Below are positions 48,309-56,053 of a DNA stretch of 64,000 nucleotides, one piece after another. Position 1 is the first letter of the stretch. Every line of letters starts with the position of its first letter. The notes under the pieces were generated by a model. That model did not search any database and had not been told where the DNA came from. It was given only the letters and a program-made list of their open reading frames with translations. Source of the DNA: Acidobacterium sp. (GTDB lineage: Bacteria; Acidobacteriota; Vicinamibacteria; Vicinamibacterales; UBA2999). The stretch is taken from NCBI GenBank assembly GCA_002737365.1, contig NSIL01000003.1:135078-199077 (forward strand), given 5' to 3'. The position numbers were made by a program, and so were the translations under genes.

Positions 48309-50408
48309 ATGCGCAAGACCCTCGTAGCTGCAACCGCTGCTCTGTGGCGACAAACCTTTAGGTTTGTCGTTCTCGCCGTCGCGTTGACCTCAACCGCTTC
48401 CGCCCAGGGCAAGCGGGCCGCCACCTTTGACGATGTCCTCAATGTGAAGGGCATGGGTGGCGTGTCGCTCTCGCCGGACGGGAGTCAGGTGCTCTACACG
48501 GTCCGGCAGTGGGTGGCCGAGAAGGAGCGCATGGAGGCCCGGACGCACATCTGGAGGGTGGCCACGAACGGGTCCACGCCGGCCCGCCAGCTCACGTCGG
48601 GCGAGAAGGGCGATACCCAGCCGCAGTGGTCACCAGATGGCCGCTTCATCAGCTTCGTCTCGGCGCGCGGCGCCGGCGACGACGTCAAGGCGCAGGTCTA
48701 CGTGATGCGTGCCGACGGCGGCGAAGCCGCGAAGCTGACCGACAGCAAGGAAAGCGTGTCCAGCTACTCGTGGTCGCCCGACAGCGCGCGCCTTGCCTAC
48801 GTCGCCACCGACCCGCGCAGCGCCGAGGAAGAAGCCAACCTCAAGAAGCGCGACGACGAGCGCGTGTTCGAAGGGGACTTCCGCTTCGCCCACGTCTGGG
48901 TGATCGACGTCGAGGTCCGCCTAAAAGCGAACACCACATCCGGTGGGAATGTGGTGTCCGGCTTTAGCCGGACCAATCCCGCCACACAAATCACCTCCGG
49001 CACCAGCTACACCGTGGCGGGTGCGCCCTCGTGGGCACCCGATGGCCAGCGGTTCGTGTTTGGCGCCGGTGCCACGCCGATGCTGCGCGATAACCGTCGC
49101 GACATCTACCTGGCCAACCTCGACACGAAGCAGATCGAGAAGCTCAGCACCAACTTCGGCAGCGACACCTCACCCAAATGGTCGCCCGATGGCAAGTCGA
49201 TCGCCTGGACGTCAGAACCCTACACCGGTGCGCCGTTGCCCGACGGCACCGCGCCTGGTGTGACCATGCACTCGAAGCTGATGCTGTATGACGTCGCGGC
49301 GCGTTCGATCAAGGACGTGTCGTCGCCGGCCTTCGACACCGACGCCGGCAACCCGGTGTGGACGGCCGAAGGCAATCGCGTGGTGTTCGTGGCCGGCAAG
49401 CGCGCCTACAACGAAGCGTTCGCCTACGACCTCACCAGCGGTCGCTACACACAACTGAGCTCGCAGAAGACGCTGCAGGGCACGTCGATCAGCGTGGACG
49501 GCCGCACCATTGCCCTCGTGATGGACACACCGGATTCCGCGTCGGAGGTCTACGTCACCGACCCGGCGTACCAGAGCTTCCGCCAGCTGACCAACACCAA
49601 TCCACAGCTGGCGGAGGTTGCCCAGGGCGAGACCGAAGTCGTCACTTGGCAAGGCGCCGATAGCCTGGAGGTCGAGGGCGTGCTGTTGAAGCCGGTCGGC
49701 TTCCAGGCCGGCCGCAAGTATCCGACACTGGTGGTGGCCCATGGCGGCCCGGCGGGCGCGTACGTCAACGGCTTTCGCCTGGGTGGCCTCGAGGGCGGCC
49801 AGGTGTGGGCCAACAAGGGCTGGGCGGTGTTCTATCCCAATCCCCGCGGCAGCACGAACTACGGCGAGAAGTTTCTGCAGAACAACGTCAACGACTGGGG
49901 CGGTGGCGACTTCAAGGACATCATGACCGGCGTTGATGCGCTGGTTGCCCGCGGTATTGCCGATCCCGACAAGCTGGCGCACATTGGCTGGAGCTACGGC
50001 GGCTACATGACCGCGTGGGTGATTACGCAAACTACCCGCTTCAAGGCGGCCATGGTCGGCGCCGGCCTCACCAACATGTGGAGCATGTATGGGACCAACG
50101 ACATCCCGAGCGTGCTGATTAGCTATTTCGGCGGCATCCCCAGCGCCAAAACGCTGCCGCTCTACCTGGATCGGTCGGCGATGTCACATATCGACAAGGT
50201 GACGACGCCGACGCTGATCCTGCACGGGGCGCAGGACGAGCGGGTGCCGGTGGGCCAGGCGCTGGAGTTGTACCGCGGGCTGAAAGATCGCGGCAAGTCC
50301 ACGGAATTGGTGTTTTACCCGCGCGAAGGACATGGCATTAGCGAGTACTATCATCAGCAGGATCGCATGCAGCGGATCTACGACTGGGTGACGAAGTACA
50401 CCTTTTAA
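48309..50408 (+). CDS. S9-family serine peptidase (beta-propeller plus prolyl oligopeptidase catalytic domain)
   Basis: ATG 48309 gives a signal peptide. Repeated WSPDG propeller motifs. Catalytic GWSYGGYM, ..LHGAQDERVP.., ..EGHG... The track ORF 47856 start is an antisense-fabZ extension. Confidence 0.9.
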   Translation: MRKTLVAATAALWRQTFRFVVLAVALTSTASAQGKRAATFDDVLNVKGMGGVSLSPDGSQVLYTVRQWVAEKERMEARTHIWRVATNGSTPARQLTSGEKGDTQPQWSPDGRFISFVSARGAGDDVKAQVYVMRADGGEAAKLTDSKESVSSYSWSPDSARLAYVATDPRSAEEEANLKKRDDERVFEGDFRFAHVWVIDVEVRLKANTTSGGNVVSGFSRTNPATQITSGTSYTVAGAPSWAPDGQRFVFGAGATPMLRDNRRDIYLANLDTKQIEKLSTNFGSDTSPKWSPDGKSIAWTSEPYTGAPLPDGTAPGVTMHSKLMLYDVAARSIKDVSSPAFDTDAGNPVWTAEGNRVVFVAGKRAYNEAFAYDLTSGRYTQLSSQKTLQGTSISVDGRTIALVMDTPDSASEVYVTDPAYQSFRQLTNTNPQLAEVAQGETEVVTWQGADSLEVEGVLLKPVGFQAGRKYPTLVVAHGGPAGAYVNGFRLGGLEGGQVWANKGWAVFYPNPRGSTNYGEKFLQNNVNDWGGGDFKDIMTGVDALVARGIADPDKLAHIGWSYGGYMTAWVITQTTRFKAAMVGAGLTNMWSMYGTNDIPSVLISYFGGIPSAKTLPLYLDRSAMSHIDKVTTPTLILHGAQDERVPVGQALELYRGLKDRGKSTELVFYPREGHGISEYYHQQDRMQRIYDWVTKYTF
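48348..48369. repeat. Palindromic element copy CGACAAACCTTTAGGTTTGTCG in the S9 signal peptide
   Basis: Perfect 10-bp arms. Preceded by GTGG as in the mfd and M1 copies. Read in a different frame as LWRQTFRFVV. Confidence 0.9.
48914..48974. repeat. 61-nt imperfect palindrome inside the S9 peptidase gene
   Basis: Arms 48914-48939 and 48949-48974 pair at 22 of 26 positions (checked base by base). Loop CCGGTGGGA. Encodes VRLKANTTSGGNVVSGFSRT. Contains GTCCGGC-TTTA-GCCGGAC. Confidence 0.85.
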
Positions 50409-50433
50409 CCGGGTTCCGGGACCCGGATCCCGG
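50409..50433. repeat. Heptamer-type array CCGGGTTCCGGGACCCGGATCCCGG starting 1 nt after the S9 stop
   Basis: Self-complementary mix of G-rich and C-rich units in the 35-nt spacer before the phosphatase gene. Confidence 0.8.
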
Positions 50434-50443
50434 AAATAACACC

Positions 50444-52228
50444 ATGACTGAACCCGCGCCGCATAGCGCTGCCAGCACCACGGCCTCGGATGCCGAACTG
50501 CTGGCCATTCTCGCGGAACTGGGTCGCGAGGTCAGCTCCGTGCTCGACCTCAACGCCCTCCTCGAGTGCATCCCACAACTGATCTCGCGCCTCACCAAGT
50601 TCACTGTCTTCTCGGTCTACCTGCTCGATGAAAAGTACGAAGAGCTGAGCATTGCCTACGCGGTCGGGTACCCCGACGAAATCGTCAAGCACTTCACCCT
50701 GCGGATCGGTCAGGGCATTGTCGGCACCGCGATCGCCGAACAACGGCCCATCCTGCTGAACGATGTCGATCGCGATCCCCGTTACCTGGCGGTCGTGCCG
50801 GGCGCCAAGTCGCAACTGGCGGTGCCGCTGCGTAACAAGGGCAAGGTGATCGGCGCGCTCAACCTGCTGAGCGACCAGCCGGGTGCCTTCACCGAACGCG
50901 ACGAGTGGATTCTCCGCCAGTTTGGCGCGCACGTCGCCCAGGGCATCGCCACCGCCCGGCTGTTCGAGTCGGAGCGCGAGTACGCCGAGACGTTGGAGAC
51001 CCTCTCGGAGATTGGTCGCGAGATGACGGCCATTCTCGATCCGGACGTGCTGCTGACGCGCCTGGCGCACTTGATCAAGCGCGTCATCGACTACCGCATC
51101 TTCGGCATCTTTCTTCTCGACGATGCGACCGGGGCGCTCGATTTGAAGGTCGCCATCAAATACGGCGACGACCCACGCGCCATGGATCCCATCAAGCTGG
51201 GAGAGGGACTGGTCGGCTACGCCGCGCTCCACAAGGAAGTGGTGCTGGTCTTGGACGTCACCAAGGACCCGCGCTACATTCACGCCGTGCCCGGCGTGCG
51301 CTCCGAACTGGTCGTGCCGTTGATGCTCAAGGACCGCTGCATCGGCGTGTTCGACCTTGAGAGCCCGGAAAAGGACGCGTTCAACAAGAAGCATGTCAAG
51401 CTGCTGACCCTGTTGGCCTCAGAAGCGGCCGTGGCACTCGAGAACGCGCGGTTATACGAATCGATTCGCGCCAGCGAAGCACGGTTCGAAAAGGAACTGC
51501 GGTTTGCGCAGCGCGTGCAGATGGCGCTACTGCCACAGGAATTGCCCAAGCGCCTGCGCGGCGTGGACGTGTCGTGGCATTTCGACCCGGCCCGCGAGTT
51601 GGGTGGCGACCTGTGCGACTTTCTCTCTCCCGAGCCAAACACACTGGTGGTCGCCGTCGGCGACGTGTCAGGCAAGGGCGTGCCAGCCGCGCTGTATAGC
51701 GCCGCGATTGGTGAGATGGTCCGCGGCCGAACTTTCCGTCGACGGCTGGAGAAAGAGCGCAGTACGCCGGCGACCGTGCTGGCCGGCATGAACCGGATTC
51801 TCCACGAGCGCAACCTTGATGAGTACTACTGCACGCTGTGCTACGCGATGTTCGAGTTCAAGAAGCAGCTCGTCACGTTCGCCAATTCCGGCTTGCCCTA
51901 CCCGGTGCGCTGCACCGACGGCAAGGCGACACAGATCGACATGCCGGGTGTGCCGCTCGGCGCGTTCGGCAGCTCCACTTACGACGAGGTGCAGGTGCCG
52001 CTGGCACCCGGCGACGTGTTCGTGCTCTGCTCCGACGGCATTTCCGAAGCGTTCGATGAAGCCGACCAGGAGTTCGGCACACCGCGCCTGATCGACGTGA
52101 TCGAGCGCACGCATCTCAGGCCGGCGAAAGAAATTGTCGCGGAGATCTTTGGCGCGGTGCAGCAGTTCTGCGGCGACGCCGAGCAGAACGACGACCGGAC
52201 GGTCGTCGTGGTGAAAATTAGTCAGTAG
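50444..52228 (+). CDS. GAF-GAF-PP2C (SpoIIE/RsbU-type) serine phosphatase
   Basis: Two GAF domains (..IGQGIVGTAIAEQRPILLNDV.., ..GEGLVGYAALHKEVVLVLDV..). PP2C motifs ..GGDLCDF.., VAVGDVSGKGVPAAL, LCSDGISEA, NDDRTVVVVK. Confidence 0.85.
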   Translation: MTEPAPHSAASTTASDAELLAILAELGREVSSVLDLNALLECIPQLISRLTKFTVFSVYLLDEKYEELSIAYAVGYPDEIVKHFTLRIGQGIVGTAIAEQRPILLNDVDRDPRYLAVVPGAKSQLAVPLRNKGKVIGALNLLSDQPGAFTERDEWILRQFGAHVAQGIATARLFESEREYAETLETLSEIGREMTAILDPDVLLTRLAHLIKRVIDYRIFGIFLLDDATGALDLKVAIKYGDDPRAMDPIKLGEGLVGYAALHKEVVLVLDVTKDPRYIHAVPGVRSELVVPLMLKDRCIGVFDLESPEKDAFNKKHVKLLTLLASEAAVALENARLYESIRASEARFEKELRFAQRVQMALLPQELPKRLRGVDVSWHFDPARELGGDLCDFLSPEPNTLVVAVGDVSGKGVPAALYSAAIGEMVRGRTFRRRLEKERSTPATVLAGMNRILHERNLDEYYCTLCYAMFEFKKQLVTFANSGLPYPVRCTDGKATQIDMPGVPLGAFGSSTYDEVQVPLAPGDVFVLCSDGISEAFDEADQEFGTPRLIDVIERTHLRPAKEIVAEIFGAVQQFCGDAEQNDDRTVVVVKISQ

Positions 52229-52996
52229 CTAGTGCGAGTGCGCGGGGGCGTGGCCACTCGGCTCGCCCTCGTAATCGTCGCCGTGGTCGTCGACATGGGT
52301 GGCTGCGGTCAGGTAGATGGCTCCGAGCGTCAGGAAGATGAACGCCTGCAGCGGGCCGACGATCAACCCCAGGAACTGAATCGGCAGCGGCGCGATGAAC
52401 GGCACGATGCTGGCGAGAATCAGCACCACGAGGTGCTCGCCGAAGATGTTGCCGAACAGGCGCAGCGTCAGCGACAGCACGCGCGACAGGTGGCTGATGA
52501 TTTCGATGACGAAGATCATCGGCGCCAGCGCAATCGGCACGCCGGGCATCACCGCGAAGTGCTTGAGGTAGTTGACCGGGCCGTTCGCCATCACGCCCTG
52601 TGCGTGATAGTAGAGCCACAGCGTCAGGGCGCACGCAAACGGCACGTTGATGTTGCTCGTGGGCGACCCGAGACCGGGAATCTGGCCCATCAGGTTGCCG
52701 AGCAGGATGAACACGAAGAGGGTGCCGAGCAGCGGCAGGTACTTACGGCCCTTCTTGCCCATGTTGTCTTCGAGCACGCCGACCAGGAACGAGACGACGT
52801 CTTCGAGGATGATCTGAAGCTTGCCGGGGTTGTCGACGCTCAGTTGCGAACGGATGGCCAAGCCGATGGCGAGAATCATCAGCGTGATCAACCCGACGAA
52901 CACCATGTGGTCGGGGATCTCGGCATGAATGCCCAGCGTCGCGAGCAGCAGGTTGATAATCGCGACTAGTGGGGACGGGTGTTCAATAGCTTCCAC
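52229..52996 (-). CDS. atpB: F0F1 ATP synthase subunit a
   Basis: 255 aa. ..LTLRLFGNIFGEH.. (essential Arg helix), ..GPLQAFIFLTLGAIY... Acidic/His-rich C-terminal tail. About 26 kb from the other atp genes. Confidence 0.85.
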   Translation of the reverse strand: MEAIEHPSPLVAIINLLLATLGIHAEIPDHMVFVGLITLMILAIGLAIRSQLSVDNPGKLQIILEDVVSFLVGVLEDNMGKKGRKYLPLLGTLFVFILLGNLMGQIPGLGSPTSNINVPFACALTLWLYYHAQGVMANGPVNYLKHFAVMPGVPIALAPMIFVIEIISHLSRVLSLTLRLFGNIFGEHLVVLILASIVPFIAPLPIQFLGLIVGPLQAFIFLTLGAIYLTAATHVDDHGDDYEGEPSGHAPAHSH

Positions 52997-53029
52997 AGTG
53001 GGACATTGTACTAGATTTCACAAGGGAGA

Positions 53030-53068
53030 CCCGGGATCTGGGATCCGGGCCCCGGGCCCCGGGGGTCC
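53030..53068 (+). repeat. Heptamer array GGGATCT GGGATCC GGGCCCC GGGCCCC GGGGGTCC between the atpB start and the glnA stop
   Basis: Five G3+ runs with 4-nt loops. Confidence 0.85.
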
Positions 53069-53117
53069 GCTTGTTGTCCGAGATCACCAGCATCTCGTTG
53101 GTGCCGTCGTCCTCCGA

Positions 53118-54443
53118 TCAGTACACGCCGAGGTAGCGGTCCATCTCCCACGGTGACACGTGGCGGATGTATTCGTCCCACTCCTCGCGCTTGGCATCGA
53201 GGAAGTGGTTGAAGATGTGTTCGCCGAGCGTCTCCTTCACCAGCGCATCCTTCTCAAACTCATCCAGGGCTTCGCTGAGGTTGGCCGGCAGATCGTCGAT
53301 GCGTAAGTGCCGGCGCTCGCGGTGGCTCATCTTGTAGATGTTCTTGTTCACCGGTGGCCCAGGGTCGAGCTTGTTGTCGATGCCGTCGAGGCCCGCACGC
53401 AGCATCACCGCGAAGGCGAGATACGGATTGCACGACGGGTCGGGCATGCGCAGCTCGACGCGCGTGGAATCGCCGCGCGACGCCGGAACGCGCACCAGCG
53501 GGCTGCGGTTCTTCTCGGACCACGCAATCGCGGTGGGCGCCTCGTAGCCGGGCACCAGCCGCTTGTACGAATTCACCAGCGGGTTGGTGATGGCGCAAAA
53601 GCCCTTGGCGTGCTGCAGCAACCCGCCGACGTAGTTCATGCACGTCTGGCTCAGTTGAATTTCGTTGTCAGGATCGAAAAACGCGTTGCTGGCGCCGGCG
53701 AACAGCGACTGGTGCGTGTGCATGCCCGAGCCGTTGACGCCGAAGATCGGCTTGGGCATGAAGGTGGCGTGCAGGTTGTTCCTCAACGCCACGTTCTTGA
53801 CGATGAACCGGCATGTCGTCACGTTATCGGCGGTGGTCAGGACGGCTTCTGAATGGAAATCAATTTCGTGCTGACCAGGCGCCACTTCGTGATGGGCGGC
53901 CTCGACGCCAATGCCCATCTGCTCGAGGGCAACGACGATCTCGCGGCGGACGTCTTCACCGAGGTCAATGGGCGCGAGGTCGAAGTAGCTGGCGCGATCG
54001 TGAGTCTCGGTGGTGGCGCGGCCATCGCGGCGCAGGAACAGGAAGAACTCGATCTCGGGTCCCGCCATCATCGTGAAGCCGCGGTCCGCGGCCTGGGCAA
54101 TGACGTTCTTGAGCGTGGTGCGCGGGCAGCCGGCGAACGGGCTGCCGTCAGGATTGGCAATGTCGCAGATCAGCCGGCCGACCCGCGCGCCGTTGGCATC
54201 GGCCCACGGAAACACCTGGAAAGTCGACAAATCGGGCCGCAGGTACATGTCCGACTCTTCGACGCGGACGAAGCCCTCGATTGAAGAGCCGTCAAACATG
54301 ATCTTGCCGTCGAGCGCCTCGGCGAACTGGCGGTCGGGGACCTCGACGTTCTTGATGACACCAAGAATGTCGGTAAACTGCAGGCGCAGGAACTTGACGC
54401 GTTCCTGTTCGGCCCGCTCGAGGATAGCGGCGGTCAAGCTCAT
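53118..54443 (-). CDS. glnA: Glutamine synthetase type I
   Basis: ATG 54443 (MSLTAAILERAEQERVKFLRLQFTDILG..). ..FDGSSIEGF.., ..MPKP..G.NGSGMHTHQSL... 441 aa. Confidence 0.95.
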   Translation of the reverse strand: MSLTAAILERAEQERVKFLRLQFTDILGVIKNVEVPDRQFAEALDGKIMFDGSSIEGFVRVEESDMYLRPDLSTFQVFPWADANGARVGRLICDIANPDGSPFAGCPRTTLKNVIAQAADRGFTMMAGPEIEFFLFLRRDGRATTETHDRASYFDLAPIDLGEDVRREIVVALEQMGIGVEAAHHEVAPGQHEIDFHSEAVLTTADNVTTCRFIVKNVALRNNLHATFMPKPIFGVNGSGMHTHQSLFAGASNAFFDPDNEIQLSQTCMNYVGGLLQHAKGFCAITNPLVNSYKRLVPGYEAPTAIAWSEKNRSPLVRVPASRGDSTRVELRMPDPSCNPYLAFAVMLRAGLDGIDNKLDPGPPVNKNIYKMSHRERRHLRIDDLPANLSEALDEFEKDALVKETLGEHIFNHFLDAKREEWDEYIRHVSPWEMDRYLGVY

Positions 54444-54787
54444 GTGAGTAGTCTCGTCACTTCTGCGGTGAGGGTGGCAGCCTCGATCGGCTTGGTAAGA
54501 AAGACATTGAGCCATCGAGGCCCGGCATCAGCAGGTCAACGGTGATGCGATCGGGCCGCATCGTCCGGGCAAGGTGGAGGGCCGAGGCGGCGTCGCGCGC
54601 CTGGATCGACGGCGCCATCTTCGCAAACGAGTTGACCAGCACGCCGCGTTTGGCGGACCAGACGATCATCGTGATGTCAAGAATGAACAGGCTGGGCCGT
54701 GGCGATGAATCCCGCTCGCCTCAGCGATAACCGGGTGACTAACTGGATGTCCGGGTCATCTTCGGCGAGCATCACCGTCAGGCTCAT
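54440..54787 (-). pseudogene. Decayed single-domain response-regulator (receiver) gene
   Basis: Hand translation gives three pieces in three frames. (1) MSLTVMLAEDDPDIQLVTRLSLRRAGF.. runs into TGA after 36 codons. (2) A second frame has ..ARDAASALHLARTMRPDRITVDLLMPGLDG. (3) A third frame has NVFLTKPIEAATLTAEVTRLLT*. About 45 residues between DG and FLTKP are missing. Confidence 0.55.
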
Positions 54788-55995
54788 GGCGCCGCACTTT
54801 CAACGTTCCGTTCGACACCGGGCGACGGCAGCGGAGCGGTCAGGGTCGCCAGCTGGGCCGCGAGAATGGCGGCGACGGCGACACACGACTCGTCGGCGTC
54901 GTGACCGACGAGCAGTTCGGCCGATAACACGCCGACCGGACCGGTCGGTCCACACATCGGCACGGCCAAGGCAGCGCCAGCGGTGGCGGTTGCCGCGCTG
55001 ACCCGTGGCGCGTTTTCGCGCAGGGCCTCGGCCGTGAGGTTGGCGCTGCGGCGGTCGATGACGCCGATCCGTTCGACAATGCGCGCCTCGAATCCGTAAG
55101 TAGAGACCGGCGACAACGACGCGCCGTCGTTGGAGGTCACCCACACGATGAGTCCTTTCGCGCCGAGCACGGCGCTGGCGCGGGCCAGGGCGCCCGACAA
55201 CGCGCCGACGTCGGTCAGCGTCGACAGGTCGCTACAGATGTCGGCGACCACCTTCAGGTCTGGCGCGTTCGACCGGACCGGAACCGCGAGGGTGGGTTCA
55301 GCCCTGGCGGGCTCTGCCGCGGTGACCACGGCCGCTTCGGCGGTTGGGGATTGCTTGAGCGTGTCGGCCAGCTCTTGTCGCCACTGGCTCGGGTCCTTCA
55401 CCGCCGGCCTGCCGGTGCCTGGGATCAGCAGGAGCGCGACGACCAACCACAGCGCGACACCGCCGCCCGCCAGCATGGCCTGTTCCTGCCGGAGGCCGGC
55501 CGCCCGTTGGTCCGACTGACCGCGCAGCGAGTAGCGGGTGGCCGTCACTTGCGCGGTGACGGCATTCAGCAGGTCGCGTATTTCGGTGAACAACACGTCG
55601 CCAGCGAGCAGCAGCTCGCCACCGTCGACGTACTGGCGCGCCCGCTTGTCGGCGGCGGCCAGCTGATCGATGCTATCCAGCGAATCGGCCAGCGATCCAC
55701 CGGACTCGGCGACCACCGCATCCAGCGTGGCCAGGCGCTGTCTGAGGGTATCGAGTTGGGTGGCAACGCTGGCCCCCCAGGACCTGGTTCCCTGGCCCGG
55801 TGCGACATAGGCATACAGGGATGCGCGCACCTCGAGGAGCGAGGTGAGGGCCTCTTCAGCGGCCCGGTCGAGGCCTGCGGCTTGTTGCCGCGCTGCGGCC
55901 AACCCGCGCTCGCCGTCCATGACGAGGTAACCGAGGCCCGCACTGGCGAGCAAGGCGAAGACGAACAGGGAAAGACGGACCGAACGGCGTCCCAT
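54784..55995 (-). CDS. Two-TM membrane protein with a C-terminal GAF-like domain
   Basis: ATG 55995 (MGRRSVRLSLFVFALLASAGL). Helical extracytoplasmic segment, second TM (GGVALWLVVALLLIPG), C-terminal ..GAKGLIVWVTSNDGASLSPV..GVLSAEL... The stop overlaps the receiver ATG (ATGA). Confidence 0.55.
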   Translation of the reverse strand: MGRRSVRLSLFVFALLASAGLGYLVMDGERGLAAARQQAAGLDRAAEEALTSLLEVRASLYAYVAPGQGTRSWGASVATQLDTLRQRLATLDAVVAESGGSLADSLDSIDQLAAADKRARQYVDGGELLLAGDVLFTEIRDLLNAVTAQVTATRYSLRGQSDQRAAGLRQEQAMLAGGGVALWLVVALLLIPGTGRPAVKDPSQWRQELADTLKQSPTAEAAVVTAAEPARAEPTLAVPVRSNAPDLKVVADICSDLSTLTDVGALSGALARASAVLGAKGLIVWVTSNDGASLSPVSTYGFEARIVERIGVIDRRSANLTAEALRENAPRVSAATATAGAALAVPMCGPTGPVGVLSAELLVGHDADESCVAVAAILAAQLATLTAPLPSPGVERNVESAAP

Positions 55996-56013
55996 GAGGG
56001 AAGAATAACAGAC

Positions 56014-56033
56014 GGCGGCACTGAAGTGCCGCC
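56014..56033. repeat. GC-clamp mini-hairpin GGCGGCAC-TGAA-GTGCCGCC
   Basis: Perfect 8-bp arms identical to those at 24388 and 60788. Lies between the nuoG-like stop and the start of the GAF membrane gene. Confidence 0.85.
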
Positions 56034-56053
56034 CTTCTGGCACTACTTGCCGG

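Noticed and set aside
56034-56047. TGGCACTACTTGCC resembling a sigma-54 -24/-12 element
   Set aside because: The GG-to-GC spacing is 8 nt instead of 10, and there is no plus-strand gene downstream.
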